In this document: one piece after another, positions 17,122 through 26,203 of the stretch | Position numbering within the stretch: the stretch's first letter is position 1 | How the letters are laid out: every line of letters begins with the position of its first letter | The notes under the pieces: generated by a model | What the model was told of the DNA's origin: nothing | What the model saw: the letters and a program-made list of their open reading frames with translations, nothing else | The model's database searches: none | Position numbers and translations under genes: made by a program | IMG/VR virus record: IMGVR_UViG_3300037851_000533 | Coordinates: 1-31,243 of that record | DNA from: a virus | Taxonomy: Duplodnaviria > Caudoviricetes | DNA length: 31,243 bases | Strand: one strand, 5' to 3'

Positions 17122-20100
17122 ACGAAAAAGCGATAGCAAGTGCGTTAGAGCCTGTTGTCGATAGCCTTATCGAACTGGAAAGCCGTGTCGAAAGCATATC
17201 AAAGGCTGCTGGCCCGCAGGGGGAAGCGGGCAAGGATGGCCGCGACGCAGACCCACAAGACGTCGCGGCCATTTTAATTAAGGACCATGCCGATGTTTTG
17301 CGTGGCGCTCCCGGCAAAGACGGCAAGGATGCCGAGCCGGTTGACGTTGATCTTGTCGCCAAGGCACTGGCAGAAACTTACGCCGATACGCTCAAAGGGC
17401 AGGATGGTAAGGATGCCGAGCCGGTTGACGTTGATCTTGTTGCCAAGGCACTGGTTGAGAACCACGCTGACACGCTCAAAGGGCAGGACGGCAAAGACGC
17501 CGAACCTGTCGATGTCGAGCTAGTCGCAAAGGCGCTTGTTGAGAACCACGCCGACACGCTCAAAGGTCAGGACGGCAAGGACGCCGACCCGGTTGACGTT
17601 GAACTTGTCGCCAAGGCACTGGCCGAAACTTACGCCGATACGTTGAGGGGTAGCGACGGTAAGGACGCCGAGCCGGTTGACGTTGAACTGGTCGCTAAAA
17701 CTTTATCGACTGACTATGCGGACGCCTTGCGCGGCGAAAAGGGCGCTGACGGTGTAGGCATAATGGCCAAGCAATGGGAGCCGGGCGTCTATCGTGAAGG
17801 CACGATTGTTCAGCATGACATTGGGCGCTTTTCGATTGCGCTGAAGGATACGGCGAGTGAGCCTTGGGCGAGCGATGACTGGCAGCGGATCGGCACCGGC
17901 GGCTTTCGTTTCTGCGGGTTGAAGCGAGAGGGCCGCGAATATCAGGTTGGCGATATTTTCATAGATGACGGCTCCTGCTTCATGCAGACCGAAAAGAAGC
18001 CGCGCATGATTGTCCAAAAGGGCAAGCCGGGTGAGAAAGGCGAAAAAGGAGACAGGGGCGAAAAGGGTGATAGCGCGCCCGATATTATCGGCGTTGAATT
18101 TGACGCTAACGGCAATCTGGTCATCATCAAGTCTGACGGCAATATAATCGAGGTCAAAGGGCTTGCGCTTAAAGAGTCGATGAAAGCCTATGCCGAGACG
18201 TTTGTCGAGGTTCAGAAACGGCTCAATATCATCGACCAGATGATTGCCGACTATCAGGATATTGACATTCCTGTCCGCGAATATCGCGGCTTATGGAAAC
18301 GCAGCACAGCCTATAAAAAAGGCGCGCTTGTGACTTATGACGGTAGCTTGTGGCTCGCTACCAAAGACACTAGCGGCGCAGCCCTTACTCATGTCGATTG
18401 GGTGCAGTTGGCGGGTAAGGGCGGAAGCGGCGGGACTGGTCGCAAAGCGCCTGCCGCTTCCCCATTTAACGTAGTCGCGACGCCTGCGCTGATTCCGGCG
18501 CAAGGGGCTGGCGATGGCGATACCTATTTTGCTTTCAGTGATAAATTGCTTCGCGTCTGGGATGCAGGCACTAATCGTTGGCGCGTTCTGTCCGGTTTTC
18601 AGGTCGCCAATACGGCGGCGAACCTTCCCGCCAACGGGCAAGCGGGCGATGTTTTTCTGACAGCCGATGACCACGCCATGAATTTCTGGATTGGCGGGCA
18701 GTGGGTGAAGAATCTTGACGGCGCTTATACTGCCGCAAGTGCTGCGGAACAGGCGCTAATTCAGCCGCAACCCAACGGTCGCCTGCTTTTCCGCTCCGAT
18801 ATCCCCGAAGTTTTTGTAGCTGATCAAGGCGCTTGGGTAAGCACGATTGGCGGCTCTCCTGTCAGGGTTGTCGCCAACCTTGCGGCAATGAACCTGATAA
18901 CTAATCCCAATGTCGGTGACTTGGCTTACAGGCAGGATATTGGCGAACTGTTTGTTTACGATAACGGCCAATGGAATGCTGCAGAGCATGTCTTGCACGT
19001 CTATAATGACGAGACCGCCCGCCTTGCCGCTGCTAGCGTGTTTGATAACAGTTTTGGTTTTCAGCGTGATACAAGTGCTCTTTATATCCGCGATAATAAC
19101 GCTTGGGTTGAAATCGGCGGTAGCGGCGCGGGCGTATCAAGCGTAAACAATCAGGCGGCAAGATATAATCTAGTCCCCGCACAGGTTCCACTTGGCGGGC
19201 TGGTTTATCAGGCTGACACCGGAGTCCTTTGGGAATATACAGGCCCAAGCCCTGCTACAGCCGCAACGATTGCCGCGCCGGGATCATGGACACAGATAAC
19301 GAGCGTTGGCGCGACACCGAAAGTTATCGAGATTGCCAATCCGGCAGCACTCCCTTCGGCACAAGCGGCTGCATCGGATAGCAGTCAACCGCTTTATCTT
19401 ATTAGGCAGGACGCATTGGGCAATCCGCTTAATCGGCTTGTCTGGTTCGAGAATACGACACCTGCCGCCCCCGGCTCGCCTGCTTCTGGCAACTGGTTGA
19501 ACGTCAACACAGAGAATTTCGTTAAAGACTTGGTTGCCGATCAGGATATTGCGGGCAATCGCCGCGAAGGTGATTTTCAGGCGACAATCGAGCCAGACCA
19601 TGCGCAGTTGAAGGTATTTGCTAATGGCACTTGGCAGATGCTCTTCAACGAGGATGAAATCCGCAGTTGGATTGCCGCTGGGTCGCTTTTCCAAGGCACG
19701 GTAATGAATCCGCCTGTAGTGGGCGGCGCTACGGATTTTGCGCAGTTGCCTGCGCCAGCGACGAACTGGAAAGGCTATTATTGGACTTGGGTAGGCTCGC
19801 CAAACTATCAGGTTAATGACGGCGCTCCGATACAGGCTGACCCGAATTACCACGCAATAACATATACGCTCAATCCGGCTGTGCTACCCGCCGCCGCCAA
19901 TACTCCTGTTACCGTGACGATTGATGTTGCTGGCGGCGGTGCGGTTGGAATTGCCCATAGTGTCACTGTCACTATCACGACTGCGGGAAATGCAAATGCA
20001 GGCTCTAAGCATGTTGTCGCCAATTTGGCAGATACCGATACGGCCAATGATGTTGCCGCTAAACTTGAAGCCGAATGGCGCGATGGGGACGTAGGGCTTG

Positions 20101-23100
20101 ACGTAACCGTAAATAACAACGTTCTGACATTAACGCCTACGGACGCTACCATATTGGTTCAGGCGATAACGCCGCTTCCCGATGGTGCTACGCCTGTTAT
20201 CGGGGTTGATTTGGATGGCGAAACACTACAAGTTGGCGACTGGTTGCAGGTTGTAACAGACCCTAACGGCGGCTATCGTTGGGCGCATGTGCCTTCGGAT
20301 TTGCTATCAAAGCTTCGTGGCGACAATCTTTATTCGTTGCAACCTTGGGCGGCTGGCACATGGGAGCGTAATAGCGTTGTAAGCCATGACTGCCGTATAT
20401 GGCGGGCTATGCGCGGCGTTTCCGCGCAAGATCCTGCACCACAGTTGACAGGCGTTCCAATCACTATCCTTGGTCAAGCGCTGATTAACTATCCCGATAG
20501 TGTTGCAGATGTAAATGCGTGGTTCGTTGCATCGCCATCAAACGGCGCACATAGCGGTGAGTATATTGTAATCAATGCCAATGGCGGCGGCACTTATACT
20601 TTGCCCGGCGGCGGTAGTATGACGGCTGTTTCCGGCGATGCAATTCTCAATCTTGGAAACGAACTTTTAGGAACGGAAGGCTATGCTGTTGTGCCGGGGC
20701 CTTTCGCTGTAGGCGTTACGCCTGCCGCGATAATCAGGGCAACGCCGCGCACAAGCGCAACCAATCCTACTGGCGGCATACCAATTCCATCGGGCGCAAG
20801 GCTACAGCAACAATTCGGTGCAACCAACGTGCCTGGCCAACGCCTCGTTATAACGGCTGATTTCGTCGTTCCTCCGGGACTGCCGCTTGCTGGAACTCGA
20901 TTGAGCGCTGGCGATACAATCTGGTTTACTGACGATCTCGCTAATGGCGACGAGGGCTGGGTGCATGTCACGGGCGCGGCGCTAGGTGCTAACGACCAAC
21001 CGCCGTTCGTTCCTGATACGGCTGTCCAGCATCACATAACCAGTGCAGCAGTTGGCCAATCGGCGCTTGATTTGCTTTTGCAGGATTTGGACGGCAACGG
21101 GTTGCAAGATGGCGATATCATTTTAATTAACGCGGCTGGCAGATTGCAGACAGCGGCAACCAATGCGCCTGTCGGCACGGCGCTTGCGGTCAACGACTAT
21201 CTCGAAGTCATTAGTGCGGCGCAAAATACATTCCAGTATTTCTCTGGACCCTATCAGACAGGGGCGGCAATCCCGATTACTGTAACGCCGGTTTTTGTGC
21301 GAGGTTATGGCGATCAATGGCAAGACCCAAACACCGACGATTTTTCGGACATTCTTACCCGTCCGACGAATACACTGACATTGCATTCGGCATATGGCTA
21401 TATTGGCCGTGGCAGCCCGAAGGCAGTCAATCCTGCATGGCCTTCTGCTGGTAATCTCGCCAATACCAACCTGCCAAATACAAACGGTGTCTGGTATCAA
21501 GCGACGTTGGTAAGCCTTCGACCGTTGACTTGGGATGTTCGCGCAACAAATTATGATGTAAACGGCTGGCCAGCGAACGGCTCTACCCTGCCAAACATTA
21601 CGGTTAATGTCGTGGCCCAAGGCCCTGCCGCAACGGTATCGGCGGCGGCGGGCGTTGCGTTCACATGGGCAGACTTTTCGGCAACTTTGGACTGGAGCAA
21701 TGCAGGCACGGCCCCAAACAATTTTGGCGTCGGGCAAGGGCAGTATTTTATAGTTGACGAAGCTACTGCCGCTGTCCCTGCTGGCCCCGGCGCTGGCAAT
21801 TTGGCTGGGCAGTCTGTGGCTATTAACAGCCGTGTCTACATGACGAGATTTAATCCGCCGCGCTGGGCGGTTTATACTGCTGGCAATTATCCTACAAGCG
21901 GATTGCTTATCGAAGGGGCGCAGCCGGTTGACCCGACTACGCTTTCGCATAACAGGCCGCAAACTTTACGACCGCCATCTCCATCGCCTGTCACGACTGT
22001 TGCGGGCTTACCTGCCAACGCTTCACCTTGGGAACTTATCTGCATCGAGGGTAACTGGCATAGCGTTTTGAACGACAGCGAATTGCCCGCTGCGGGTGCG
22101 CTTCCGAACGAGGTTTATTTTGTTTCGTCGAGCGCAAGGAATAATAATCAGCCTTCGCTTTACAGCTATTCGGGCGGTCTATGGTTCCAGTTGGGAGGCA
22201 GCCAAGGCGGGATTCAGGCTGTTTCGAGATTGCCCGCCGCGCATAATCCGGGCGATATGTTCCTGCATTCGCCAACGGGAACGCTTCATATCAGTAACGG
22301 GAGCCAGTTATTCCAGATTGGTATGCAACCAACTGGGCCGGTTAATGCAGAAGGCATAATCACTGGCAGGGATTCAGGCGTTCATAGTTGGACGCCGCGT
22401 GTATGGAGTGCCGGGACTGTTGTTGTCGATCAGGGCGGACTTTATCGCGCCGCCCAACAAGTTTCTTCTCTCGACCCTGCACCAAGTCAAAGCCTTGTAA
22501 TTGTCTTTGCGACGTTCACAAAGATTGACGACTGGGCGAATAACTTGGCGGTCGATACCGCCTTCCTTACTGCGTCGCCTGCTGGCAGCTATGCTGCGGT
22601 AGGTGGAAGCGTTGCAACAAATATAAGCATCGGCAGCCCTGCCTATAATGTTGATTTCCCTGCCAACTCTTTTGTGATTTGGACAGGCAATTCCAACCTC
22701 AATCTTACGCTTGGCAATGGCCAGCGCATTGTTGACGGGCTATGGATTTGCACCGGCTCTTTGCCCGCCACCCCATATACTTTGTCGGCAAGCAATCCTG
22801 TTTGGGAATGGCTCGGCCATATCGGGACAGGGATTTACTACAATAACGGGACCGGCATCCTCGGCGCTCCTCGCCCAAGAGTGCAAGGCGACCTGCTTGT
22901 CGGCCATAGCGGTCGGCAAGATCATCCTCGCATTTTGGGCGTATCGCAGGATGGTGTGCATTGGACTGAATATGGCGGGGCGGGCAAGAACCTGCCGACG
23001 AGCTATTATGGCGCTACGCCGCCTGCTAATCCGTTAAAGGGTGATTTGTGGGTTGATACGGGAACGATTATCCCGAAACTCAAAATGTATAACGGCACGT

Positions 23101-23765
23101 CATGGACAGAAAGTATTGGCGCTGTCTGGCATGGTCCTGCCGCGAACAAGCCAGCTTATAACACTTCTGAATGGGGTGACATTTATATTGAAGATGACGG
23201 CGACAGAAATGTCTGGATTGCAGCTTCCGGTGCATGGCGCAAGATTTACAATGGCGCTACCGAGAATGTAGATTTGCCGCCAACGGATTCAACCGGGCAA
23301 TCAAGAGACATTCCTGTCGGTTCGATGATTACTTTGGCCGGTGTTGCTAAAGCCAATGCAACCGCTGACACCCTTGCTCTTATCGCGCTTAACAAGGCGG
23401 ACGGCAGCAAGCCAACGGTTGCTGATTTTATCCGCAACGAGATACTGGATACCGACTATAATGCAAATGGTTCGTCAAAGCAGCAGGCCCCCTCTAACGT
23501 AAATGGCTCAACGCCCGGATGGTGGAATCTAAATTGGGAAAAAATGACTTCTGGAAGCATGGCGCAAGTAAATGTTACGCTTGGTATCATCGGTGGTATC
23601 GGCAGTGTTTTAGCCGAAACGCATTATGAAACGCCAAACGGGCATCGCCATAAGTCAATAACGAAACTTATCTGGAATAACGACGCTATGCCGCTCAAAC
23701 AATTCTATTTTTCAAATATTCAGGGCGTTGAGATGGAGTGGTATCGCATTGGTAAGGTAGATTAA
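17118..23765 (+). CDS. Giant (2215 aa) collagen-repeat, fibre-like virion protein
   Basis: G-X-Y stretches, 28-aa tandem repeats, W...Y..G..V.YDG..W carbohydrate-binding-like modules and many GD-x-aromatic beta modules; GTGA overlap with portal. Confidence 0.8.
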   Translation: MNEKAIASALEPVVDSLIELESRVESISKAAGPQGEAGKDGRDADPQDVAAILIKDHADVLRGAPGKDGKDAEPVDVDLVAKALAETYADTLKGQDGKDAEPVDVDLVAKALVENHADTLKGQDGKDAEPVDVELVAKALVENHADTLKGQDGKDADPVDVELVAKALAETYADTLRGSDGKDAEPVDVELVAKTLSTDYADALRGEKGADGVGIMAKQWEPGVYREGTIVQHDIGRFSIALKDTASEPWASDDWQRIGTGGFRFCGLKREGREYQVGDIFIDDGSCFMQTEKKPRMIVQKGKPGEKGEKGDRGEKGDSAPDIIGVEFDANGNLVIIKSDGNIIEVKGLALKESMKAYAETFVEVQKRLNIIDQMIADYQDIDIPVREYRGLWKRSTAYKKGALVTYDGSLWLATKDTSGAALTHVDWVQLAGKGGSGGTGRKAPAASPFNVVATPALIPAQGAGDGDTYFAFSDKLLRVWDAGTNRWRVLSGFQVANTAANLPANGQAGDVFLTADDHAMNFWIGGQWVKNLDGAYTAASAAEQALIQPQPNGRLLFRSDIPEVFVADQGAWVSTIGGSPVRVVANLAAMNLITNPNVGDLAYRQDIGELFVYDNGQWNAAEHVLHVYNDETARLAAASVFDNSFGFQRDTSALYIRDNNAWVEIGGSGAGVSSVNNQAARYNLVPAQVPLGGLVYQADTGVLWEYTGPSPATAATIAAPGSWTQITSVGATPKVIEIANPAALPSAQAAASDSSQPLYLIRQDALGNPLNRLVWFENTTPAAPGSPASGNWLNVNTENFVKDLVADQDIAGNRREGDFQATIEPDHAQLKVFANGTWQMLFNEDEIRSWIAAGSLFQGTVMNPPVVGGATDFAQLPAPATNWKGYYWTWVGSPNYQVNDGAPIQADPNYHAITYTLNPAVLPAAANTPVTVTIDVAGGGAVGIAHSVTVTITTAGNANAGSKHVVANLADTDTANDVAAKLEAEWRDGDVGLDVTVNNNVLTLTPTDATILVQAITPLPDGATPVIGVDLDGETLQVGDWLQVVTDPNGGYRWAHVPSDLLSKLRGDNLYSLQPWAAGTWERNSVVSHDCRIWRAMRGVSAQDPAPQLTGVPITILGQALINYPDSVADVNAWFVASPSNGAHSGEYIVINANGGGTYTLPGGGSMTAVSGDAILNLGNELLGTEGYAVVPGPFAVGVTPAAIIRATPRTSATNPTGGIPIPSGARLQQQFGATNVPGQRLVITADFVVPPGLPLAGTRLSAGDTIWFTDDLANGDEGWVHVTGAALGANDQPPFVPDTAVQHHITSAAVGQSALDLLLQDLDGNGLQDGDIILINAAGRLQTAATNAPVGTALAVNDYLEVISAAQNTFQYFSGPYQTGAAIPITVTPVFVRGYGDQWQDPNTDDFSDILTRPTNTLTLHSAYGYIGRGSPKAVNPAWPSAGNLANTNLPNTNGVWYQATLVSLRPLTWDVRATNYDVNGWPANGSTLPNITVNVVAQGPAATVSAAAGVAFTWADFSATLDWSNAGTAPNNFGVGQGQYFIVDEATAAVPAGPGAGNLAGQSVAINSRVYMTRFNPPRWAVYTAGNYPTSGLLIEGAQPVDPTTLSHNRPQTLRPPSPSPVTTVAGLPANASPWELICIEGNWHSVLNDSELPAAGALPNEVYFVSSSARNNNQPSLYSYSGGLWFQLGGSQGGIQAVSRLPAAHNPGDMFLHSPTGTLHISNGSQLFQIGMQPTGPVNAEGIITGRDSGVHSWTPRVWSAGTVVVDQGGLYRAAQQVSSLDPAPSQSLVIVFATFTKIDDWANNLAVDTAFLTASPAGSYAAVGGSVATNISIGSPAYNVDFPANSFVIWTGNSNLNLTLGNGQRIVDGLWICTGSLPATPYTLSASNPVWEWLGHIGTGIYYNNGTGILGAPRPRVQGDLLVGHSGRQDHPRILGVSQDGVHWTEYGGAGKNLPTSYYGATPPANPLKGDLWVDTGTIIPKLKMYNGTSWTESIGAVWHGPAANKPAYNTSEWGDIYIEDDGDRNVWIAASGAWRKIYNGATENVDLPPTDSTGQSRDIPVGSMITLAGVAKANATADTLALIALNKADGSKPTVADFIRNEILDTDYNANGSSKQQAPSNVNGSTPGWWNLNWEKMTSGSMAQVNVTLGIIGGIGSVLAETHYETPNGHRHKSITKLIWNNDAMPLKQFYFSNIQGVEMEWYRIGKVD
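17319..17738 (+). repeat. 84-bp (28-aa) coding tandem repeat, five copies plus a degenerate upstream copy
   Basis: DGKDAEPVDV(D/E)LVAKAL....ADTL(K/R)G at 17319, 17403, 17487, 17571 and 17655. Confidence 0.95.
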
Positions 23766-23935
23766 TGAATTGCTGCGATAATCCTGTTTTTGCTGGGCCT
23801 TGCCCCGATACCAAAGGCGATACGATTGCCAAGTGCGGCACTTGTGGCGCGGAGCATGGCAAGATGAAACTGGCCAAAGCCGAAGCTCTTTTCAGTAAGC
23901 CAAAGGAGAAAGCAAATGCGCGTGGTTCTGGTTAG
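23765..23935 (+). CDS. 56-aa Cys-rich (zinc-ribbon-like) protein, absent from the ORF track
   Basis: TAATG overlap with the upstream stop; MNCCDNP...C...KCGTCG; fills the gap before 23916. Confidence 0.6.
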   Translation: MNCCDNPVFAGPCPDTKGDTIAKCGTCGAEHGKMKLAKAEALFSKPKEKANARGSG

Positions 23936-24221
23936 TTTTTCGACTTTTGCGTTAGCTGCTTGCGCTTCGCCTTATGGCGGGCGTTCGCTGAACACCACGC
24001 CCATATCGACTTGCGTTGCGTTCTGCATCACGACGAACACACAGGCCGATACGCAAGAGGACATAAAGAGCGAAGGCGGCGGCGCTATCTCGAACACCAC
24101 GCAGGAAAGCCAGAACGTGACCGAGACTTTCGATGTTGGCGGTTCGACTGAAAAAGAAAAGCAACCGTCGCAGCCGACAACTACCGCGCCAACCGCGCCG
24201 CCGCCTCCGGGAGTATATTGA
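23916..24221 (+). CDS. Lipoprotein with Pro-rich tail
   Basis: RBS AAGGAG; hydrophobic leader with lipobox LAAC; CVAFC; T/Q/S-rich; PPPP tail. Confidence 0.8.
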   Translation: MRVVLVSFSTFALAACASPYGGRSLNTTPISTCVAFCITTNTQADTQEDIKSEGGGAISNTTQESQNVTETFDVGGSTEKEKQPSQPTTTAPTAPPPPGVY

Positions 24222-24896
24222 ATGTCTTGGCCGCCTGTGATTGACGACATGCGCAAGCGCATCGGCTTGCAACCAAATGATCCTTCGCGTGATGCCGACA
24301 TTACCGCCGCGCTGGAAATATCGTTGGATTTGGCCGAAACTTATCTAGACCGCAAGCTTACCAAGCAGGCCGATGAGGAAGATTTTTTCGGGGGTTCGAC
24401 TGCCTTCCTTTTGCACCGCTGGCCTGTTGACAGGATTTCCGGCGTTGACATAACCGCCAAGTTTATCGGCTCGCCAATCATTCAATATACATGGTCAACC
24501 ACAGGCTCCGAAAGCTATTTCACTGTTGATTGGGAGAAGGGCATAGTTTTTACGCCAAGCTATGCTCGCGGTTGGCCGTTGACCATAACCTATCGTGGCG
24601 GCTTTGATCCTTTGCCCAACGCCCTGCTTATGGCGCTGTTACAGGTTTTCGATAGCGTATGGACAAGCGACCCCATGCTTGGCGGCACGGCTGGAGGCGG
24701 CATTATACAGGGCAGCGGCGCGGTCAAAAAGGTATCGCTTGTTGGCATAGGCAGTGTCGATCTTGACGTTGGCGCAACCGCTGTCGGGGGCGGTGGCATG
24801 GGGGGCTATGATGAGGGGCCGTGGGGCTTGATACCTGCCAGCGCTATTTCCATTCTGTCGCGCTACCGGCGTGAAAGCGTTGTGGGGATAGGTTAA
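24222..24896 (+). CDS. Head-tail adaptor/connector (gp6/gp15-like)
   Basis: AETYLDRKL, LHRWPV, ITYRGGF..LP..L..A, ILSRYRR; position in the operon. Confidence 0.8.
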   Translation: MSWPPVIDDMRKRIGLQPNDPSRDADITAALEISLDLAETYLDRKLTKQADEEDFFGGSTAFLLHRWPVDRISGVDITAKFIGSPIIQYTWSTTGSESYFTVDWEKGIVFTPSYARGWPLTITYRGGFDPLPNALLMALLQVFDSVWTSDPMLGGTAGGGIIQGSGAVKKVSLVGIGSVDLDVGATAVGGGGMGGYDEGPWGLIPASAISILSRYRRESVVGIG

Positions 24897-26155
24897 TGGG
24901 CGCGGCGGTGCAAAATCCACTTGTCTATTCCGGAATTCCAGCATTGGAATATACCGACCTTTTCAAGTGCCGCCCGTTCCGTTTCGCCTTTGGCAATTGC
25001 AATGCCAAGAGCGCCAAGTTTATGGCGCATGAATTTTTCCCGTCTGTAACGGGTGCTGCCATGCAAATAACTAAGCTGCAAGGTGCATCCAAATTTGACA
25101 AACCCGGAACGGTAATAAATGTCACCTTCAAAAAAATCACGATCACAATAAGTTACAATCGGATTGCTTCCACCGTATGCAGAAACAAGTTTTTCAAGTC
25201 CGCCAGATATGCTCCATCCGCTAGCAATGGTGTAGCGGACAATGCAGGTTTCTTTTTTGCTTTGCCGAAAACTAGCCACAGCTACAATGATATTTTCAGC
25301 AATAAGTGCGATGTGAGTAGTCGCGGCAACTCGCCCGCTTTGGATATGGTTTGCGGTATGAAAAGCATTGGCTTCTGTCGCACTTATCACTTTGACAATC
25401 AAGTTTCGCGCGCCAATCCGGACAAGTTTCGCTTTGTCGAACGCGCGCATAAGATGCTCTTTGATCCTGTCAGGTTTTGTTCGCCAGTCGTCTTGCCAGA
25501 TACTTATCATACGGTATCCGGCAGCTTCCGCAGCAATGCGCTTGCGATAATGGTAACCTTTGTCAACTTTGGCCGCCGAATGCCAAAACACCCCGTTAAA
25601 TTCTATGACGATCTTATGCTTGTGCGATATGATGTCGTATCGAAACTGGCTTTTTCCAATTTTGCGATTGGTTTCAATTTCAATGCCGGTTTCCGAAAGA
25701 AAATCGGCAATGCTACATTCCTCACGAGACGGTTTGGACGCGCCGCACCCGCAAGTTTGAATTTCTCCGGATTTCAGATTCCTACCAGAAACAACAGTGT
25801 ATTTCTCGCAATCGCAAATACAATGCCAGTATGTGCGGTATGTTCCACCCGGCGTTTGTCTGGTTTCAAAAAATTCTGTGACAACAAGGTTGCCATATCT
25901 GTTGCCAATAATATCTTGGCGGTTTCGTGCGATACCGCCACGCTTTTTGACAAAAGCCGCCTGCAATCTTTCGATCCGCAAGCATCCGCAAGATTGTGTA
26001 TTCCCGGAGCGAAGAGTGCTAACAGTAAGAAAGCGTTCATTCCCGCAATCGCAAATGCACCGCCAAAGCCAATTCGTGCGCTGTTTTTCGCTCGTTCGCT
26101 CAATAGCAAGCAAACGACCAAAACGCTGGTTTGTAATGTCAACTGTGTGAGTCAT
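24893..26155 (-). CDS. Hef-like homing endonuclease, paralog of 9456..10931, inserted antisense
   Basis: Two Cys-rich repeats; YDIISHKHKIVIEFNGVFWHS; GYRMISIW, TYCDRD, TLQLSYL, RREKFM.HKL.ALGI and NSGIDKWI are shared with the paralog. Confidence 0.8.
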   Translation of the reverse strand: MTHTVDITNQRFGRLLAIERTSEKQRTNWLWRCICDCGNERFLTVSTLRSGNTQSCGCLRIERLQAAFVKKRGGIARNRQDIIGNRYGNLVVTEFFETRQTPGGTYRTYWHCICDCEKYTVVSGRNLKSGEIQTCGCGASKPSREECSIADFLSETGIEIETNRKIGKSQFRYDIISHKHKIVIEFNGVFWHSAAKVDKGYHYRKRIAAEAAGYRMISIWQDDWRTKPDRIKEHLMRAFDKAKLVRIGARNLIVKVISATEANAFHTANHIQSGRVAATTHIALIAENIIVAVASFRQSKKETCIVRYTIASGWSISGGLEKLVSAYGGSNPIVTYCDRDFFEGDIYYRSGFVKFGCTLQLSYLHGSTRYRREKFMRHKLGALGIAIAKGETERAALEKVGIFQCWNSGIDKWILHRRAH

Positions 26156-26203
26156 ATGCTATTGCATTACAGAAAACATACATATTATCAAGAGGGGTTT
26201 TAG
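24896..26203 (+). CDS. 435-codon frame overlapping the endonuclease gene on the opposite strand, coupled to both neighbours (function unknown)
   Basis: ATG overlaps the adaptor stop (TAATG); TAG overlaps the next GTG (TAGTG); no recognisable protein motifs. Confidence 0.45.
   Translation: MGAAVQNPLVYSGIPALEYTDLFKCRPFRFAFGNCNAKSAKFMAHEFFPSVTGAAMQITKLQGASKFDKPGTVINVTFKKITITISYNRIASTVCRNKFFKSARYAPSASNGVADNAGFFFALPKTSHSYNDIFSNKCDVSSRGNSPALDMVCGMKSIGFCRTYHFDNQVSRANPDKFRFVERAHKMLFDPVRFCSPVVLPDTYHTVSGSFRSNALAIMVTFVNFGRRMPKHPVKFYDDLMLVRYDVVSKLAFSNFAIGFNFNAGFRKKIGNATFLTRRFGRAAPASLNFSGFQIPTRNNSVFLAIANTMPVCAVCSTRRLSGFKKFCDNKVAISVANNILAVSCDTATLFDKSRLQSFDPQASARLCIPGAKSANSKKAFIPAIANAPPKPIRALFFARSLNSKQTTKTLVCNVNCVSHMLLHYRKHTYYQEGF
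26164..26191 (-). promoter_or_regulatory. Putative promoter of the antisense endonuclease (leaderless)
   Basis: TTGATA-16 nt-TAATGC, ATG 8 nt downstream. Confidence 0.4.

Noticed and set aside
21123-21962. 279-aa - strand ORF inside the giant fibre gene
   Set aside because: Shadow ORF with no coupling or motifs.
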